64,000 nt of DNA. It comes from Candidatus Planktophila sp. (GTDB lineage: Bacteria > Actinomycetota > Actinomycetes > Nanopelagicales > Nanopelagicaceae). Made by a program: the position numbers and the translations under genes. Below, piece after piece: positions 1 to 9,406 of the stretch (positions are counted from its first letter, which is position 1; every line of letters begins with the position of its first letter). Under the pieces are notes generated by a model. The model saw only the letters and a program-made list of their open reading frames with translations. It had not been told where the DNA came from and searched no databases. The DNA lies in contig JBIIUL010000001.1 in NCBI GenBank assembly GCA_044340015.1, forward strand, positions 1,151 to 65,150, written 5' to 3'.

Positions 1-1163
1 TCAATATCTGCATCCAAGTTTGGAGTTGGATAGAGAATGTAATAACTCTCTTTTCCAGCAGGTGCCAGCGCGGCATCATCTTTAGTCGGAATCGTCACCA
101 GTACCGATGGATCTGACATCAAGGTCTTCTTCTTAATCAGTTCATCAAAGACGCCATCCCATGATTTGCCGAAGTGAATATTGTGGTGAGCGACGTGGTC
201 GTATTTCTTAGAAGAACCAACTAGCAAAGTTGCGCAAGATGGTGAGTACTTAAGACGCTTGATATTAAGCGGAGTTTTGCCGAGTAGGTCGCGCCACACC
301 ACGGGTAGATCTGGGTTCATTACAACTACATCGCACTCGATACGTTCGCCCTTATCGGTGATAACCGCTTTAGCGCGCCCGTTCTCAACTTCTAGGCGAG
401 TTACCGTGGTGCTGTATTTGAAAGTTACGCCATGCTTTTGCGCAGCAGCGGCAAGTGCGCGAGGTACCGCATGCATTCCACCCTTGGGGAAGAAGACGCC
501 ATTTACCGAATCCATGTAAGCAATAACGGCATAGATTGCTAGCGCCTGTTGCGGGCTAACGCCTGCATACATAGCCTGGAATGAGTAAACCTTTTGCAGG
601 CGTGGATCTTTAAGGAATTGATTTACCTTTGGGGAAAGTTTTCTAAATCCACCGAGTGCGATCAAGCGAGCCAGGTTCGGGGTAAGTAAGTTAAATGGTG
701 AATCAATGTTGCGGTCGATGAAATCGTTCATCTCGTACTTGTATAACTTAGTTACGAAATCTACATAACGGCGATAGCCAAGAGCTTCTTCGGCGCTAAC
801 TGTGCGACGGATCTCCTCTTCCATCTCAGCGGTATTGGCATGCACATCGATCTGCGATTCATCGTCGTAAAAAGCGCGATAGAGCGGCTTAAGCGGTGAA
901 AGCTCTAGCCAATCCTTCATATCTTCACCGACGCAGCTAAAGGCATCTTGAATTAGTGAAGGCATCGTTAAAACAGATGGACCGGTATCAAATGAGTAAC
1001 CATCTTTTTCTAGTAAACCATTGCGACCACCCGGAACAGATTCACGTTCAACGACAGTTACTTTGCGGCCCGCGCCCGCTAAGCGAAGTGCAGCACTTAA
1101 CCCAGCAAGTCCTGCACCAACAACGACTACGTGATCGGTTGGTCCCTTTACCTTTGCCGGCAT
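1..1163 (-). CDS. crtI: Phytoene desaturase (3' end outside window)
   Basis: Manual translation from ATG 1163: MPAKVKGPTDHVVVVGAGLAGL...FDTGPSVLTMP...FQAMYAG...FPKGGM, giving a GxGxxG FAD motif and CrtI signatures. Abuts the crtE stop. Confidence 0.93.
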   Translation of the reverse strand, partial: MPAKVKGPTDHVVVVGAGLAGLSAALRLAGAGRKVTVVERESVPGGRNGLLEKDGYSFDTGPSVLTMPSLIQDAFSCVGEDMKDWLELSPLKPLYRAFYDDESQIDVHANTAEMEEEIRRTVSAEEALGYRRYVDFVTKLYKYEMNDFIDRNIDSPFNLLTPNLARLIALGGFRKLSPKVNQFLKDPRLQKVYSFQAMYAGVSPQQALAIYAVIAYMDSVNGVFFPKGGMHAVPRALAAAAQKHGVTFKYSTTVTRLEVENGRAKAVITDKGERIECDVVVMNPDLPVVWRDLLGKTPLNIKRLKYSPSCATLLVGSSKKYDHVAHHNIHFGKSWDGVFDELIKKKTLMSDPSVLVTIPTKDDAALAPAGKESYYILYPTPNLDADI

Positions 1164-2249
1164 TTAATGGCTCCTACGAGTTGCGCTAGTTGCGAGTTCT
1201 ACGAGTAACTCGCGGGCTGAAGGGTTAATTTCATCAGAGTTTGCCGCAGTTAGCGCGTTGGAAAGTAGCCCCTCGATGAGATCTTCGACAACTTTAACCG
1301 CGCCAGTTGCGGTGATGAGCGCACGAATTTCTTCGATTTGATCGGCGGTTAGATCTTCGCGGCCTAAGGCGGCGGTGATCTTGGCAGCGCTTGCTTGATC
1401 TGCGCGCTCTAGCGTCATCGCCATCAATACAGTGCGCTTGCCTTCGCGGATGTCATCGCCGGCTGGTTTACCGGTAACAGATGGATCACCAAAGATTCCG
1501 AGCATGTCATCGCGTAATTGAAATGCCTCACCGAGTGGCAGACCGTATGCGCTCAAGATATTTGTTAGATCTTTTCGTTCCGCCTCATCTGTAATCGCAA
1601 GTGATGCACCTAAATGCAGTGGACGTTCAATTGTGTACTTTCCAGATTTGTAACGGGCTATGCGAAGTGAGCGATCAACGCTAGGGGAGCGCTCACCTGC
1701 TTCACGAACATCTAAATACTGTCCGGCCATAAGTTCGATACGCATTTCATCGTGCACCTTGAGCGCCGATAAGAGCGCGTTATTTTCAACACCAGAGGTA
1801 TGAAGTAAATGATCTGACCAAACCAAAGCTAAATCACCGAGCAGAACTGCAGCTGCTTCACCAAATTGATCTGCTAAACCGTTCATCGCTTCTTGTTGGT
1901 GCAAGTTCTCAAAGTGGCGATGTATCGCAGGTTTTCCGCGACGCGTATCTGAACGATCCATTAAGTCGTCATGGATAAGCGCACATGCTTGCAAGAGTTC
2001 CAGGCTGGTAAATGCGCGAATATCGGCAGCGGTTGCAACCTTGCCAGTTGCCGCAAAGCCGGCATATGCAAAGAGCGGGCGCAGGCGCTTGCCACCTTCA
2101 AGTAAGAAAGATTCGAGGGCATCACATACTGGAATTAACTCTGAGCCGATGCCACTTAAATATTCACGTTGCAAGGTTAGATAGGAAGATAGCTCGCTCT
2201 GAACCGTCTCGCGTACCGCTATGAGCGTGCCACGTGCATCGTTAACCAC
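1164..2249 (-). CDS. crtE: Geranylgeranyl diphosphate synthase (polyprenyl synthetase)
   Basis: GGKRLRP, LIHDDLMDRSDTRRG (FARM), GQYLD and FQLRDD (SARM). Start moved to GTG 2249 because a TACCGT -10 lies 6 nt upstream. Confidence 0.92.
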   Translation of the reverse strand: MVNDARGTLIAVRETVQSELSSYLTLQREYLSGIGSELIPVCDALESFLLEGGKRLRPLFAYAGFAATGKVATAADIRAFTSLELLQACALIHDDLMDRSDTRRGKPAIHRHFENLHQQEAMNGLADQFGEAAAVLLGDLALVWSDHLLHTSGVENNALLSALKVHDEMRIELMAGQYLDVREAGERSPSVDRSLRIARYKSGKYTIERPLHLGASLAITDEAERKDLTNILSAYGLPLGEAFQLRDDMLGIFGDPSVTGKPAGDDIREGKRTVLMAMTLERADQASAAKITAALGREDLTADQIEEIRALITATGAVKVVEDLIEGLLSNALTAANSDEINPSARELLVELATSATRRSH

Positions 2250-2271
2250 GGCGCAACGGTACCCTGACCGC
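2250..2271. promoter_or_regulatory. Bidirectional leaderless promoter for crtE and metF
   Basis: Plus strand: TACCCT (2260-2265), 6 nt, GTG 2272. Minus strand: TACCGT (2261-2256), 6 nt, GTG 2249. Confidence 0.7.
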
Positions 2272-3153
2272 GTGGAGATGCGCATGAAGGAGATCGGCGA
2301 AGGCGTCACTTACTCCTTCGAGTTCTTTCCTCCAAAAGACCCAGAAGGTGAAGAACGCCTCTGGAGCGCGATGCGCGCCCTTGAACCAATTGCACCTGAT
2401 TTCATCTCAGTTACTTATGGCGCAGGTGGCACAACACGCGATCGCACGATTCGGATAACTTCCGAGATAACGCAGCGCACCCATATCCCAACGGTTGCCC
2501 ACCTAACTTGTGTTGGTTCAACGCGAGATGAGTTAATCGAAATTTTGGCGCGCTATAAACAAGCTGGAATCCATAACATTCTCGCGCTGCGCGGAGATCC
2601 AACTGGAGGACCACGCGCATCTTGGACGCCAACACCGGGCGGCTTAAATCATGCCGACGAATTGGTAACGCTCGCTGCTGAAGTCGGAGGATTCACAATT
2701 GGCGTTGCTGCATTTCCAGATGGCCATCCCGCATCAGGTTTAAATTTCGATGAAGATATTGAAGTTCTGCTCCGTAAAGAAAAAGCTGGTGCATCTTTTG
2801 CAACAACACAGTTCTTCTTCGAAGTAGATAAATGGAAAGCGCTCGTTGATCGCTTATCAGCACGCGGCTCAAAACTTCCGATCATCGCTGGAATATTGCC
2901 CGTGACAAATGTTGCTCAGTTAACTCGTATGGCCGAGCTTAGTGGCACACCGATTCCACCAGATATCGCTGCGCGTTTTGCAGTGCTTAAAGATTCACCA
3001 GATGATGTCCGCAAATTAGGTGTAGAAATTGCGACGAACCTTTGTGAAGATTTACTGGTTGCAGGCGTTCCGGGTCTTCACTTCTACACAATGAATACAT
3101 CATCTGCAACACGCGAAATATTTGAACAAATTAAAGATAAGAAACGCGGATGA
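2272..3153 (+). CDS. metF: 5,10-methylenetetrahydrofolate reductase
   Basis: SFEFFPPK, SVTYGAGG, AHLTC, LALRGDP, TQFFF, LHFYTMN. Start taken at GTG 2272. Confidence 0.95.
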   Translation: MEMRMKEIGEGVTYSFEFFPPKDPEGEERLWSAMRALEPIAPDFISVTYGAGGTTRDRTIRITSEITQRTHIPTVAHLTCVGSTRDELIEILARYKQAGIHNILALRGDPTGGPRASWTPTPGGLNHADELVTLAAEVGGFTIGVAAFPDGHPASGLNFDEDIEVLLRKEKAGASFATTQFFFEVDKWKALVDRLSARGSKLPIIAGILPVTNVAQLTRMAELSGTPIPPDIAARFAVLKDSPDDVRKLGVEIATNLCEDLLVAGVPGLHFYTMNTSSATREIFEQIKDKKRG

Positions 3154-3782
3154 AGCAGGCTGAGTTCTTTGCCAAGTGGAGTGCGCTCCACGGCAACGCT
3201 GAGATAAAGGGAATCGTTAGGGCTTGGCTCAAGATCTCATTTACATCGGCTAAATTCGTTTCAGTACTTCGCTTAACTCCGAACTTTTTAACTCTACTTG
3301 GAATTGTTTTTGCTATCGCGATGGCGGCTAATCCACTTTCGCTCTGGACGATTCCGCTACTTGTACTTTCACTCTACGCCGATGGCATCGATGGCAGCGT
3401 CGCCATATATCAGAACCGCGAGAGCCAATTCGGTGCAGTTCTAGATTCGGTTGCCGATCGCATAAGCGAAGCGCTCTGGTTCTATGTTGCCTATCGCATC
3501 GGCGCACCGGTTTGGTTAGTTCTAGTTACCTATGTAATTGCAACTACTCAAGAATATGCACGCGCTCGTTTAGGTGGCCTAGGTATCAACGCTGTTGGAG
3601 TTGTAACGCCGGCAGAACGTCCAGTTCGGGCAAGTTTTATCTTTATCGCACTCGTTACCTACGCAATTGGCCTTAACTTAGTAACTCCAGTTATGGCAGT
3701 TCTCGGCGCGCTTCAACTATTTAGTTTTTACCTAGTGTGCCGCTGGGCCTACAACAGCTTGCGCAACAATTTCAGCGCTTAA
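3150..3782 (+). CDS. CDP-alcohol phosphatidyltransferase family protein
   Basis: TPNxLT and DGIDGSVA...GAVLDSVADR motifs, several TM segments. ATGA overlap with metF. Confidence 0.85.
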   Translation: MKQAEFFAKWSALHGNAEIKGIVRAWLKISFTSAKFVSVLRLTPNFLTLLGIVFAIAMAANPLSLWTIPLLVLSLYADGIDGSVAIYQNRESQFGAVLDSVADRISEALWFYVAYRIGAPVWLVLVTYVIATTQEYARARLGGLGINAVGVVTPAERPVRASFIFIALVTYAIGLNLVTPVMAVLGALQLFSFYLVCRWAYNSLRNNFSA

Positions 3783-5255
3783 ACCAACTAACGGCAAACC
3801 TCCACCTGGATGTGCCGACCCACCAACGCAGTACAAACCCTTTAGTGGCGAACGGTTTTTGGCACGTAAAAATGCTGACCGCGCACCATTGCTGGATGTT
3901 CCGTAGATCGATCCACCTGGCGCCATGACTGTACGCTCTAGATCTGCAGGCGTGCGAATCTCTAAAACCTCTAAGCGATCTCTTACTGAAATTCCTCGTG
4001 CCTCGATGGCATCGATAATCTTCATCGCATAGCGGTGGTTGGCATCTCTATCGTTCCAATCAAACCCATCGCTACCACTTTCTTCGTGGCGCGGTGCATT
4101 AACCAGTACGAACCACGCCTCATGCCCGGGGTGTTTAACCATCGCTTCGTCATTTGGCGCACATATATAAATTGTTGGATCCGCAACTGGCACCTTACGG
4201 CTGAAGATATCTTCAAACTCTTCATCGTAATCTTTTGGAAACAAGACATTGTGATGCGATAAACCTGTTGGCTGATCAGTCGGACGAAGTCCAAGTAGAA
4301 GTGAGAATCCAGCAAGCGATGGTTCGGCTTTGGCCAAGTTCTTACGGGTGCGCTTTAACTTTGAGACTTTGCCGGAAATCAATTTGCCATATACCAACGA
4401 TGCATCAGCATTTGCTACAACTATTTGATAGTCAATTGAACGGCCAGCACCAAGAGAAAGACCAGTTACAGATTTACCATTGTGGTTAATAGCAGCAACG
4501 GGGGAGTTGAACTCAAATTTAACTCCGCGATCGAGGCAACGTTGATAAACAGCATCGGCTAGCTTTCCAACTCCACCTTTGATGTGCCAAGCCCCGAAGG
4601 CTTCTTCAACGAAGGCAATTGATGACAGCACAGCAGGTGCAACGCGTGGATCAGATCCACTATAGGTTGCATAGCGATCCAAGATATTTCGCAGATGGAT
4701 ATCTTTAATCTTTAGCCCGCGCAGTGATTTCCATGGTGCGATGATGCGCAAGTCGCGCAGCAAAGTCGGGCGCTTTAAAAGCGAACCAATAGATCGAAGT
4801 TCAGATTCGATGAATGGTTCACGCGAGACATCCCACATAGCCTCCGCCGTGCGCATTACACGATCCCACTCTTGTCCTGCTTCGGCTCCCAGGGATTCAG
4901 TAATTGCTGCCAGAGTCTCTTTACGAGATAAGTTTGCAAACTTCACTGACTTGCCATCGGCAAAGTGATAATCAAATGATGGGTTGACCGGGACTAGCTC
5001 TAGAACTCGTCCCATTACTTCACCGGTGCGCTGAAAGAAATCGCGATAGACCGCAGGAAGAGTTAGAAGCGATGGGCCGGTATCGAATGCGTAATTTCCG
5101 ATCCATTCAGTGCGGCACTTACCACCGTGGCGATCAGATGCCTCATAGACAGTTACTTGGTGGCCAGCCTTTGCTAAGCGCGCTGCAGTTGCCATTCCGC
5201 CCATGCCAGCACCGATTACAGCAACGGCAGTTTTATTGGAATTACCTTTGCTCAC
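3732..5255 (-). CDS. crtD: CrtI-family carotenoid desaturase/oxidase, probably CrtD-like (3,4-desaturase)
   Basis: VIGAGMGG FAD motif, FDTGPSLLTLP, RYATYSGSDP, GGSAHPGGGLP. GTG 5255 overlaps the glycosyltransferase stop (GTGA). CrtD versus CrtNb/CrtP specificity is inferred from context. Confidence 0.7.
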   Translation of the reverse strand: MSKGNSNKTAVAVIGAGMGGMATAARLAKAGHQVTVYEASDRHGGKCRTEWIGNYAFDTGPSLLTLPAVYRDFFQRTGEVMGRVLELVPVNPSFDYHFADGKSVKFANLSRKETLAAITESLGAEAGQEWDRVMRTAEAMWDVSREPFIESELRSIGSLLKRPTLLRDLRIIAPWKSLRGLKIKDIHLRNILDRYATYSGSDPRVAPAVLSSIAFVEEAFGAWHIKGGVGKLADAVYQRCLDRGVKFEFNSPVAAINHNGKSVTGLSLGAGRSIDYQIVVANADASLVYGKLISGKVSKLKRTRKNLAKAEPSLAGFSLLLGLRPTDQPTGLSHHNVLFPKDYDEEFEDIFSRKVPVADPTIYICAPNDEAMVKHPGHEAWFVLVNAPRHEESGSDGFDWNDRDANHRYAMKIIDAIEARGISVRDRLEVLEIRTPADLERTVMAPGGSIYGTSSNGARSAFLRAKNRSPLKGLYCVGGSAHPGGGLPLVGLSAEIVAQAVVGPAAH

Positions 5256-6322
5256 AGGGTGCGACCTTTCCAGGCCACAATGCCGCGTGCGCGCCAACTG
5301 TAGATAATCAAATAGATCAAAACTGCGCACGAAATTGGATGCAGAATTGAATCTAGGATTCGGCCGCGCGAACGCGCTGCACTAAGTGCGCGAGTTATAA
5401 CTACAAATTGATAGGCGAAGAAGCCCAGGGGATGGCCACCAAACCAGGCAATCACTGGAGCGATGCCAGTGACAAAGAGAAATGCGATCGCACCGGCGCT
5501 ACCGCCCTGGCTGCCGAAAGCTTTCCAGAGAGATTTTCCATAACCGGCTTTGATTTCAGAGAAGTTCTTATACATGCGGGTCTGCGCCAGGGATGAGCCA
5601 TCAGCGACTCCACCAAATGCGCCAGATTTAATTAGTGCGCGTGCAAGTTCCATATCATCGAGAACTTCTGCAGCGATCGCGGTAAATCCACCGATTTTAT
5701 CTAAGGCGCTTTTGCGCACCAAAAAGAATTGACCATTTGCTACCGCTAAAGAAGTCCGTGCAGATTTCTCGGCAATACGCAGTGGCACTGTGCTCATCCA
5801 GGACCATTGCAGCAGCGGCTGAATCAATCTTTCTGAAAAAGTCTTGGCGATCTGACGTGGATAAGGCGAGATAAATGAGCGATCACCCAGCATGCCAAGT
5901 GCCTGCGCAATCGCGGTTGAAGTTAGACGTACATCTGCATCTAAGGTAACTACGATCTCGCCCTTAGCCTGCAAATATCCTTGCTGCAGAGCCCAAGGCT
6001 TACCAAGCCATTGGTTCGGAAGTTCTGGTGCGTTAATTACCTTTATCTGCGCACCGCCATCTTTGGCTTCCTGCAACTTCTCCGCGGTCTCATCAGTCGA
6101 AGAATCGTTGATGAAGATGATCTCTGGTTTATCTATGAACTGTTGTGCCTGCAGGCTTAGCACTAGATCGGCAATGTTCTCTTCTTCATTGCGCACTGGA
6201 ATCAAAATGCTGACACTTTCACTTCGTTCCAGCGCAGGCAAGGGATGGCGGATAGTGAAGAAGTTTGCAACTGCTAGCCAAAGTAAGATAACTGATGCAA
6301 AGAAAACTAAGTTAGTTAGCAC
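5252..6322 (-). CDS. GT2 carotenoid glycosyltransferase (CruG/CrtQ-like)
   Basis: SILIPVRNEE, WLGKPWA, LDADV, ANGQF, VLDDM and C-terminal WKGR. Start estimated at GTG 6322. Confidence 0.8.
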   Translation of the reverse strand: MLTNLVFFASVILLWLAVANFFTIRHPLPALERSESVSILIPVRNEEENIADLVLSLQAQQFIDKPEIIFINDSSTDETAEKLQEAKDGGAQIKVINAPELPNQWLGKPWALQQGYLQAKGEIVVTLDADVRLTSTAIAQALGMLGDRSFISPYPRQIAKTFSERLIQPLLQWSWMSTVPLRIAEKSARTSLAVANGQFFLVRKSALDKIGGFTAIAAEVLDDMELARALIKSGAFGGVADGSSLAQTRMYKNFSEIKAGYGKSLWKAFGSQGGSAGAIAFLFVTGIAPVIAWFGGHPLGFFAYQFVVITRALSAARSRGRILDSILHPISCAVLIYLIIYSWRARGIVAWKGRTL

Positions 6323-6347
6323 GATTATTTCAATACAAATAAAATTG

Positions 6348-7151
6348 TTAAGGGCGCCCGAGCCAGCGAGAGAATAGATATGGCGCAAGGAAAGTTCCGA
6401 ATACGGACCCAAATAAAAATGCGATTCCGGGGCGATCGAAGAAGAATAGATTTGAAACAATCCCACCGAACCAAGTCCAAATCAAGAAGAAATCAACGGC
6501 GGTGTAACTCGCGCTCTGTTTGCGACGCTCGCGTGGCAGCGTCAAGTGCAACATGGCGATTAGCGCCATACCCGATAAGAGCCACCCAAAGGTATTCGAC
6601 AACGGAATTTCTGGAGTAAATGGTACGTGCGCACCAGTTACCTCCCAAGTCCAACGTCCGCCATTAACCATCTGCGGATCAAGGAATAAGTCATATGCCA
6701 TCATTCCGAAGCCGCCATAGAGAAATACCCAGTTTTTAGTTACACGTCGGGCAACACATAAAATTGGGTGCGCGATCATTGCCCAAGCAAAAGGAACGAC
6801 TAGCGGAACGCTAATTAACTGCGGACCAAGTGATGGATCGTATTCATATACACCGAATGGCCAACCAGTTTCCACACCAATTAATTCAATGAAGAATCCA
6901 AATGAAAGAGAAATTGCTAAGTAGGTAAGTGCATATCTTCCGCCGAAGGAAAGCATCGCATGTAGAGCCATTGCTGCAGCGCCCCAGTAAACGGTTGCAA
7001 TTGTCACGACGCGAAGCGCTTCGCCATCTAGAAGTGGATAAGAAACTTGCAAAAGAAGGGCGACGCCCAAGGTCAAATATAGAAATAGACGTAAGCGATC
7101 CGAGATTCCGCGGCGTTGACGCCGGCGGGGGTTGTAGTGACGAATCGACAT
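6348..7151 (-). CDS. cruF: Carotenoid 1',2'-hydratase CruF-like membrane protein (DUF422)
   Basis: ELIGVETGWPFGVYEY, VPLVVPFAW, DLFLDPQMV, IPLSNTFGW. Confidence 0.85.
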   Translation of the reverse strand: MSIRHYNPRRRQRRGISDRLRLFLYLTLGVALLLQVSYPLLDGEALRVVTIATVYWGAAAMALHAMLSFGGRYALTYLAISLSFGFFIELIGVETGWPFGVYEYDPSLGPQLISVPLVVPFAWAMIAHPILCVARRVTKNWVFLYGGFGMMAYDLFLDPQMVNGGRWTWEVTGAHVPFTPEIPLSNTFGWLLSGMALIAMLHLTLPRERRKQSASYTAVDFFLIWTWFGGIVSNLFFFDRPGIAFLFGSVFGTFLAPYLFSRWLGRP

Positions 7152-7190
7152 GGGCTAATTCTGCCCTAGTAATCGCTTCAGTAACTACCG

Positions 7191-7868
7191 CTATTTATCC
7201 AGTGCTCCACGGATTTCACGGACTGCAAAGCGTGCAAAGAGTTCTTCGGCATACCAGGCATGGCGTTCGGTAGCGGCGATCGCTTCTTGATGGGCCACTC
7301 CCTTATAGGCAAAGTTGCGTAGATCTGCTCCTGAGCGCCAATGTGAAAAAGTTCCTTGCAAGCCAATCGGGGCCTCGCCAATTCCAATTGTATTTATCAA
7401 ACCAGGTGATGAATGCAGACTTGATGTCACTGGAGGAACAGCTTTCCAGAAACGCACGTTCTGCGCCCATTTAATTCGAGCGCGAGTAATTGCCACAACT
7501 TCACCATCGCCCGCGCTCTTTACATAATCAAAAGGATTTACCTTGGCCCATAAACCATGAGACGAAATTGGATCAACTAGATATCGAACCTCATCCGTGC
7601 TATTTGCGCGCCATCGCTTTATTAACTTTGAATTATCTAGCGCCACCAATTGAGATTCTTCTATAACAGCTAACGCACCCCAGCGATTTATATCGGCATC
7701 GCGCGGCGTAAAGGTTTCACCTTTTCCGGCACCAAGCATCTTGGCAAAATGCACACCGCTAAATCTGCGAAGTGCACCGCGATCTAAAGCCATCCGCAGC
7801 AGTGCGAAACCTAATTTGCTCTGCTCTATTTTCCAGAAGTAGATAACGGTGACTAATTCGTGATTCAT
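7191..7868 (-). CDS. crtA: Spheroidene monooxygenase / carotenoid 2'-hydroxylase CrtA-like
   Basis: FAKMLGAGKGETF, AITRARI, GIGEAPIGLQGTFSHW, FAY..H, WYAEELFARF. Confidence 0.85.
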   Translation of the reverse strand: MNHELVTVIYFWKIEQSKLGFALLRMALDRGALRRFSGVHFAKMLGAGKGETFTPRDADINRWGALAVIEESQLVALDNSKLIKRWRANSTDEVRYLVDPISSHGLWAKVNPFDYVKSAGDGEVVAITRARIKWAQNVRFWKAVPPVTSSLHSSPGLINTIGIGEAPIGLQGTFSHWRSGADLRNFAYKGVAHQEAIAATERHAWYAEELFARFAVREIRGALDK

Positions 7869-8668
7869 TTATTGATACCCGCTGCTGCAAATATTTCTGC
7901 AACTACTTCTTCAGGGTGATCCCACATCGGCGCATGGCCACATTCATCAAATATTTTCCATTGCGCATGCGCTGGCGCCATCAGGCGTTCTTGGCAGATC
8001 GAGGCTGGCAGCGTGTTATCAGAATCTCCAAAGATAATTGTGACTGGGATTGCAGGATCTATCTTCGAATCAAAACGTTTCTGTAACATTCCATTTGATC
8101 CTGGGACATAACCGGGGGAGTTAGCCATCGCCGTTGTGGCATCTAAACAAAGCTCTTCAGTAAATTCGCGCCAACGCGGACTAACCGATTCAAAGCCATA
8201 CTTGCGCGCCCATTCAAAGTTAAGAAACATCGGGGCGATCGCAGCAGTACTTTTGGCAAATAATCGGACAGCTTTTTCTCCAGGGAAACTCTGCACAAAA
8301 GATGCCAGCCAGAATCCTGCTGGCGCTAGAGCGACAACGCTCTTGACGGATTGAGGATGGTCGGCCGCCATTTCAAGTGCGATCCAACCACCCCAAGAAT
8401 TTCCAACAAGATCAAAACTTGTAACGCTAAATTGATTGGCAACTTCTTTCACAACGAGTTTTGCTAGCGAATGTGGATCCATAGGCTGGGTCTTATCCAG
8501 CGGAGTTTTACCGTGACCAGGAAGATCGACGGTGATCACGTTATAGCGAGGTTGCAGCAATGGGATCAAAGGCTTCCAGGCAGTTGCCGCCGAACCCAAC
8601 CCATGCACCAACACGATGTGAGGCGCGGATTCGGCCTCAGATGGGAAGAGTTGTAATGAAAGGTTCAT
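7865..8668 (-). CDS. Alpha/beta-fold hydrolase
   Basis: LVHGLG, DLPGHG, GNSWGG nucleophile elbow, GHAPM catalytic His. Start taken at ATG 8668. ATGA overlap with crtA. Confidence 0.85.
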   Translation of the reverse strand: MNLSLQLFPSEAESAPHIVLVHGLGSAATAWKPLIPLLQPRYNVITVDLPGHGKTPLDKTQPMDPHSLAKLVVKEVANQFSVTSFDLVGNSWGGWIALEMAADHPQSVKSVVALAPAGFWLASFVQSFPGEKAVRLFAKSTAAIAPMFLNFEWARKYGFESVSPRWREFTEELCLDATTAMANSPGYVPGSNGMLQKRFDSKIDPAIPVTIIFGDSDNTLPASICQERLMAPAHAQWKIFDECGHAPMWDHPEEVVAEIFAAAGINK

Positions 8669-8734
8669 CTTAAATTCAGATATTACTCCGTGCCGCAAAG
8701 GATTACCTGTTCATTGATAGCCGATGATAGAGCG

Positions 8735-9406
8735 GTGAATCTTAGAAAAACGATCGCAGAACTCGTTGGGACTGCCACCCTTTTGCTCGTAGTAATCGGC
8801 TCAGGGGTAATGGCGACCAATCTTTCAAAAGATGTTGGTGTGCAGTTAACAATTAACTCAGCGGCAACCGGATTGATTCTCTACATCTTAATTACCTTGC
8901 TTGGTCCAATTAGCGGCGCCCACTTCAATCCACTGGTCACAGCAATCCAGTGGTACAAGAAGAACATCACGGCCTCTCTCGCTGCTGCCTACCTAGCTGC
9001 ACAGTTGATTGGGGCGGTAATTGGTGTTGCACTCGCTAACTTCATCTTCAACTTACCCATTATCGAAATTTCCCAGAAAGACCGAACCGGCGCCGAACTC
9101 TTCGTGAGCGAGATTCTGGCGACCGCCGGCTTAGTCTTCATTATCTTCACCGCCATCGCGCAAAAGAGCGAAGCGAAGATTCCAGTTCTTGTCGGCGCTT
9201 ACATATCAGCAGCGTATTTCTTCACTTCATCAACTAGCTTTGCTAATCCAGCAGTAACGGTAGCAAGAACACTTTCAGATACTTTCGCTGGTATTGCACC
9301 AAGTTCAGTTGCACCATTTATCGCGGCACAGATCTTGGGCGCCATACTAGGTCTAGTTCTAACCAAGTTTATAAATTCCCCAAATAAAACAGGAAACGAG
9401 AAGTAA
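8735..9406 (+). CDS. MIP-family aquaglyceroporin (AqpS-like arsenite channel)
   Basis: ISGAHFNPLVT and STSFANPAVT boxes, six TM helices, adjacent to arsC. Start estimated at GTG 8735. Confidence 0.85.
   Translation: MNLRKTIAELVGTATLLLVVIGSGVMATNLSKDVGVQLTINSAATGLILYILITLLGPISGAHFNPLVTAIQWYKKNITASLAAAYLAAQLIGAVIGVALANFIFNLPIIEISQKDRTGAELFVSEILATAGLVFIIFTAIAQKSEAKIPVLVGAYISAAYFFTSSTSFANPAVTVARTLSDTFAGIAPSSVAPFIAAQILGAILGLVLTKFINSPNKTGNEK

Noticed and set aside
2221-2309. Apparent head-to-head overlap of crtE and metF
   Set aside because: Caused by longest-ORF start calls. The GTG starts at 2249 and 2272 remove the overlap.
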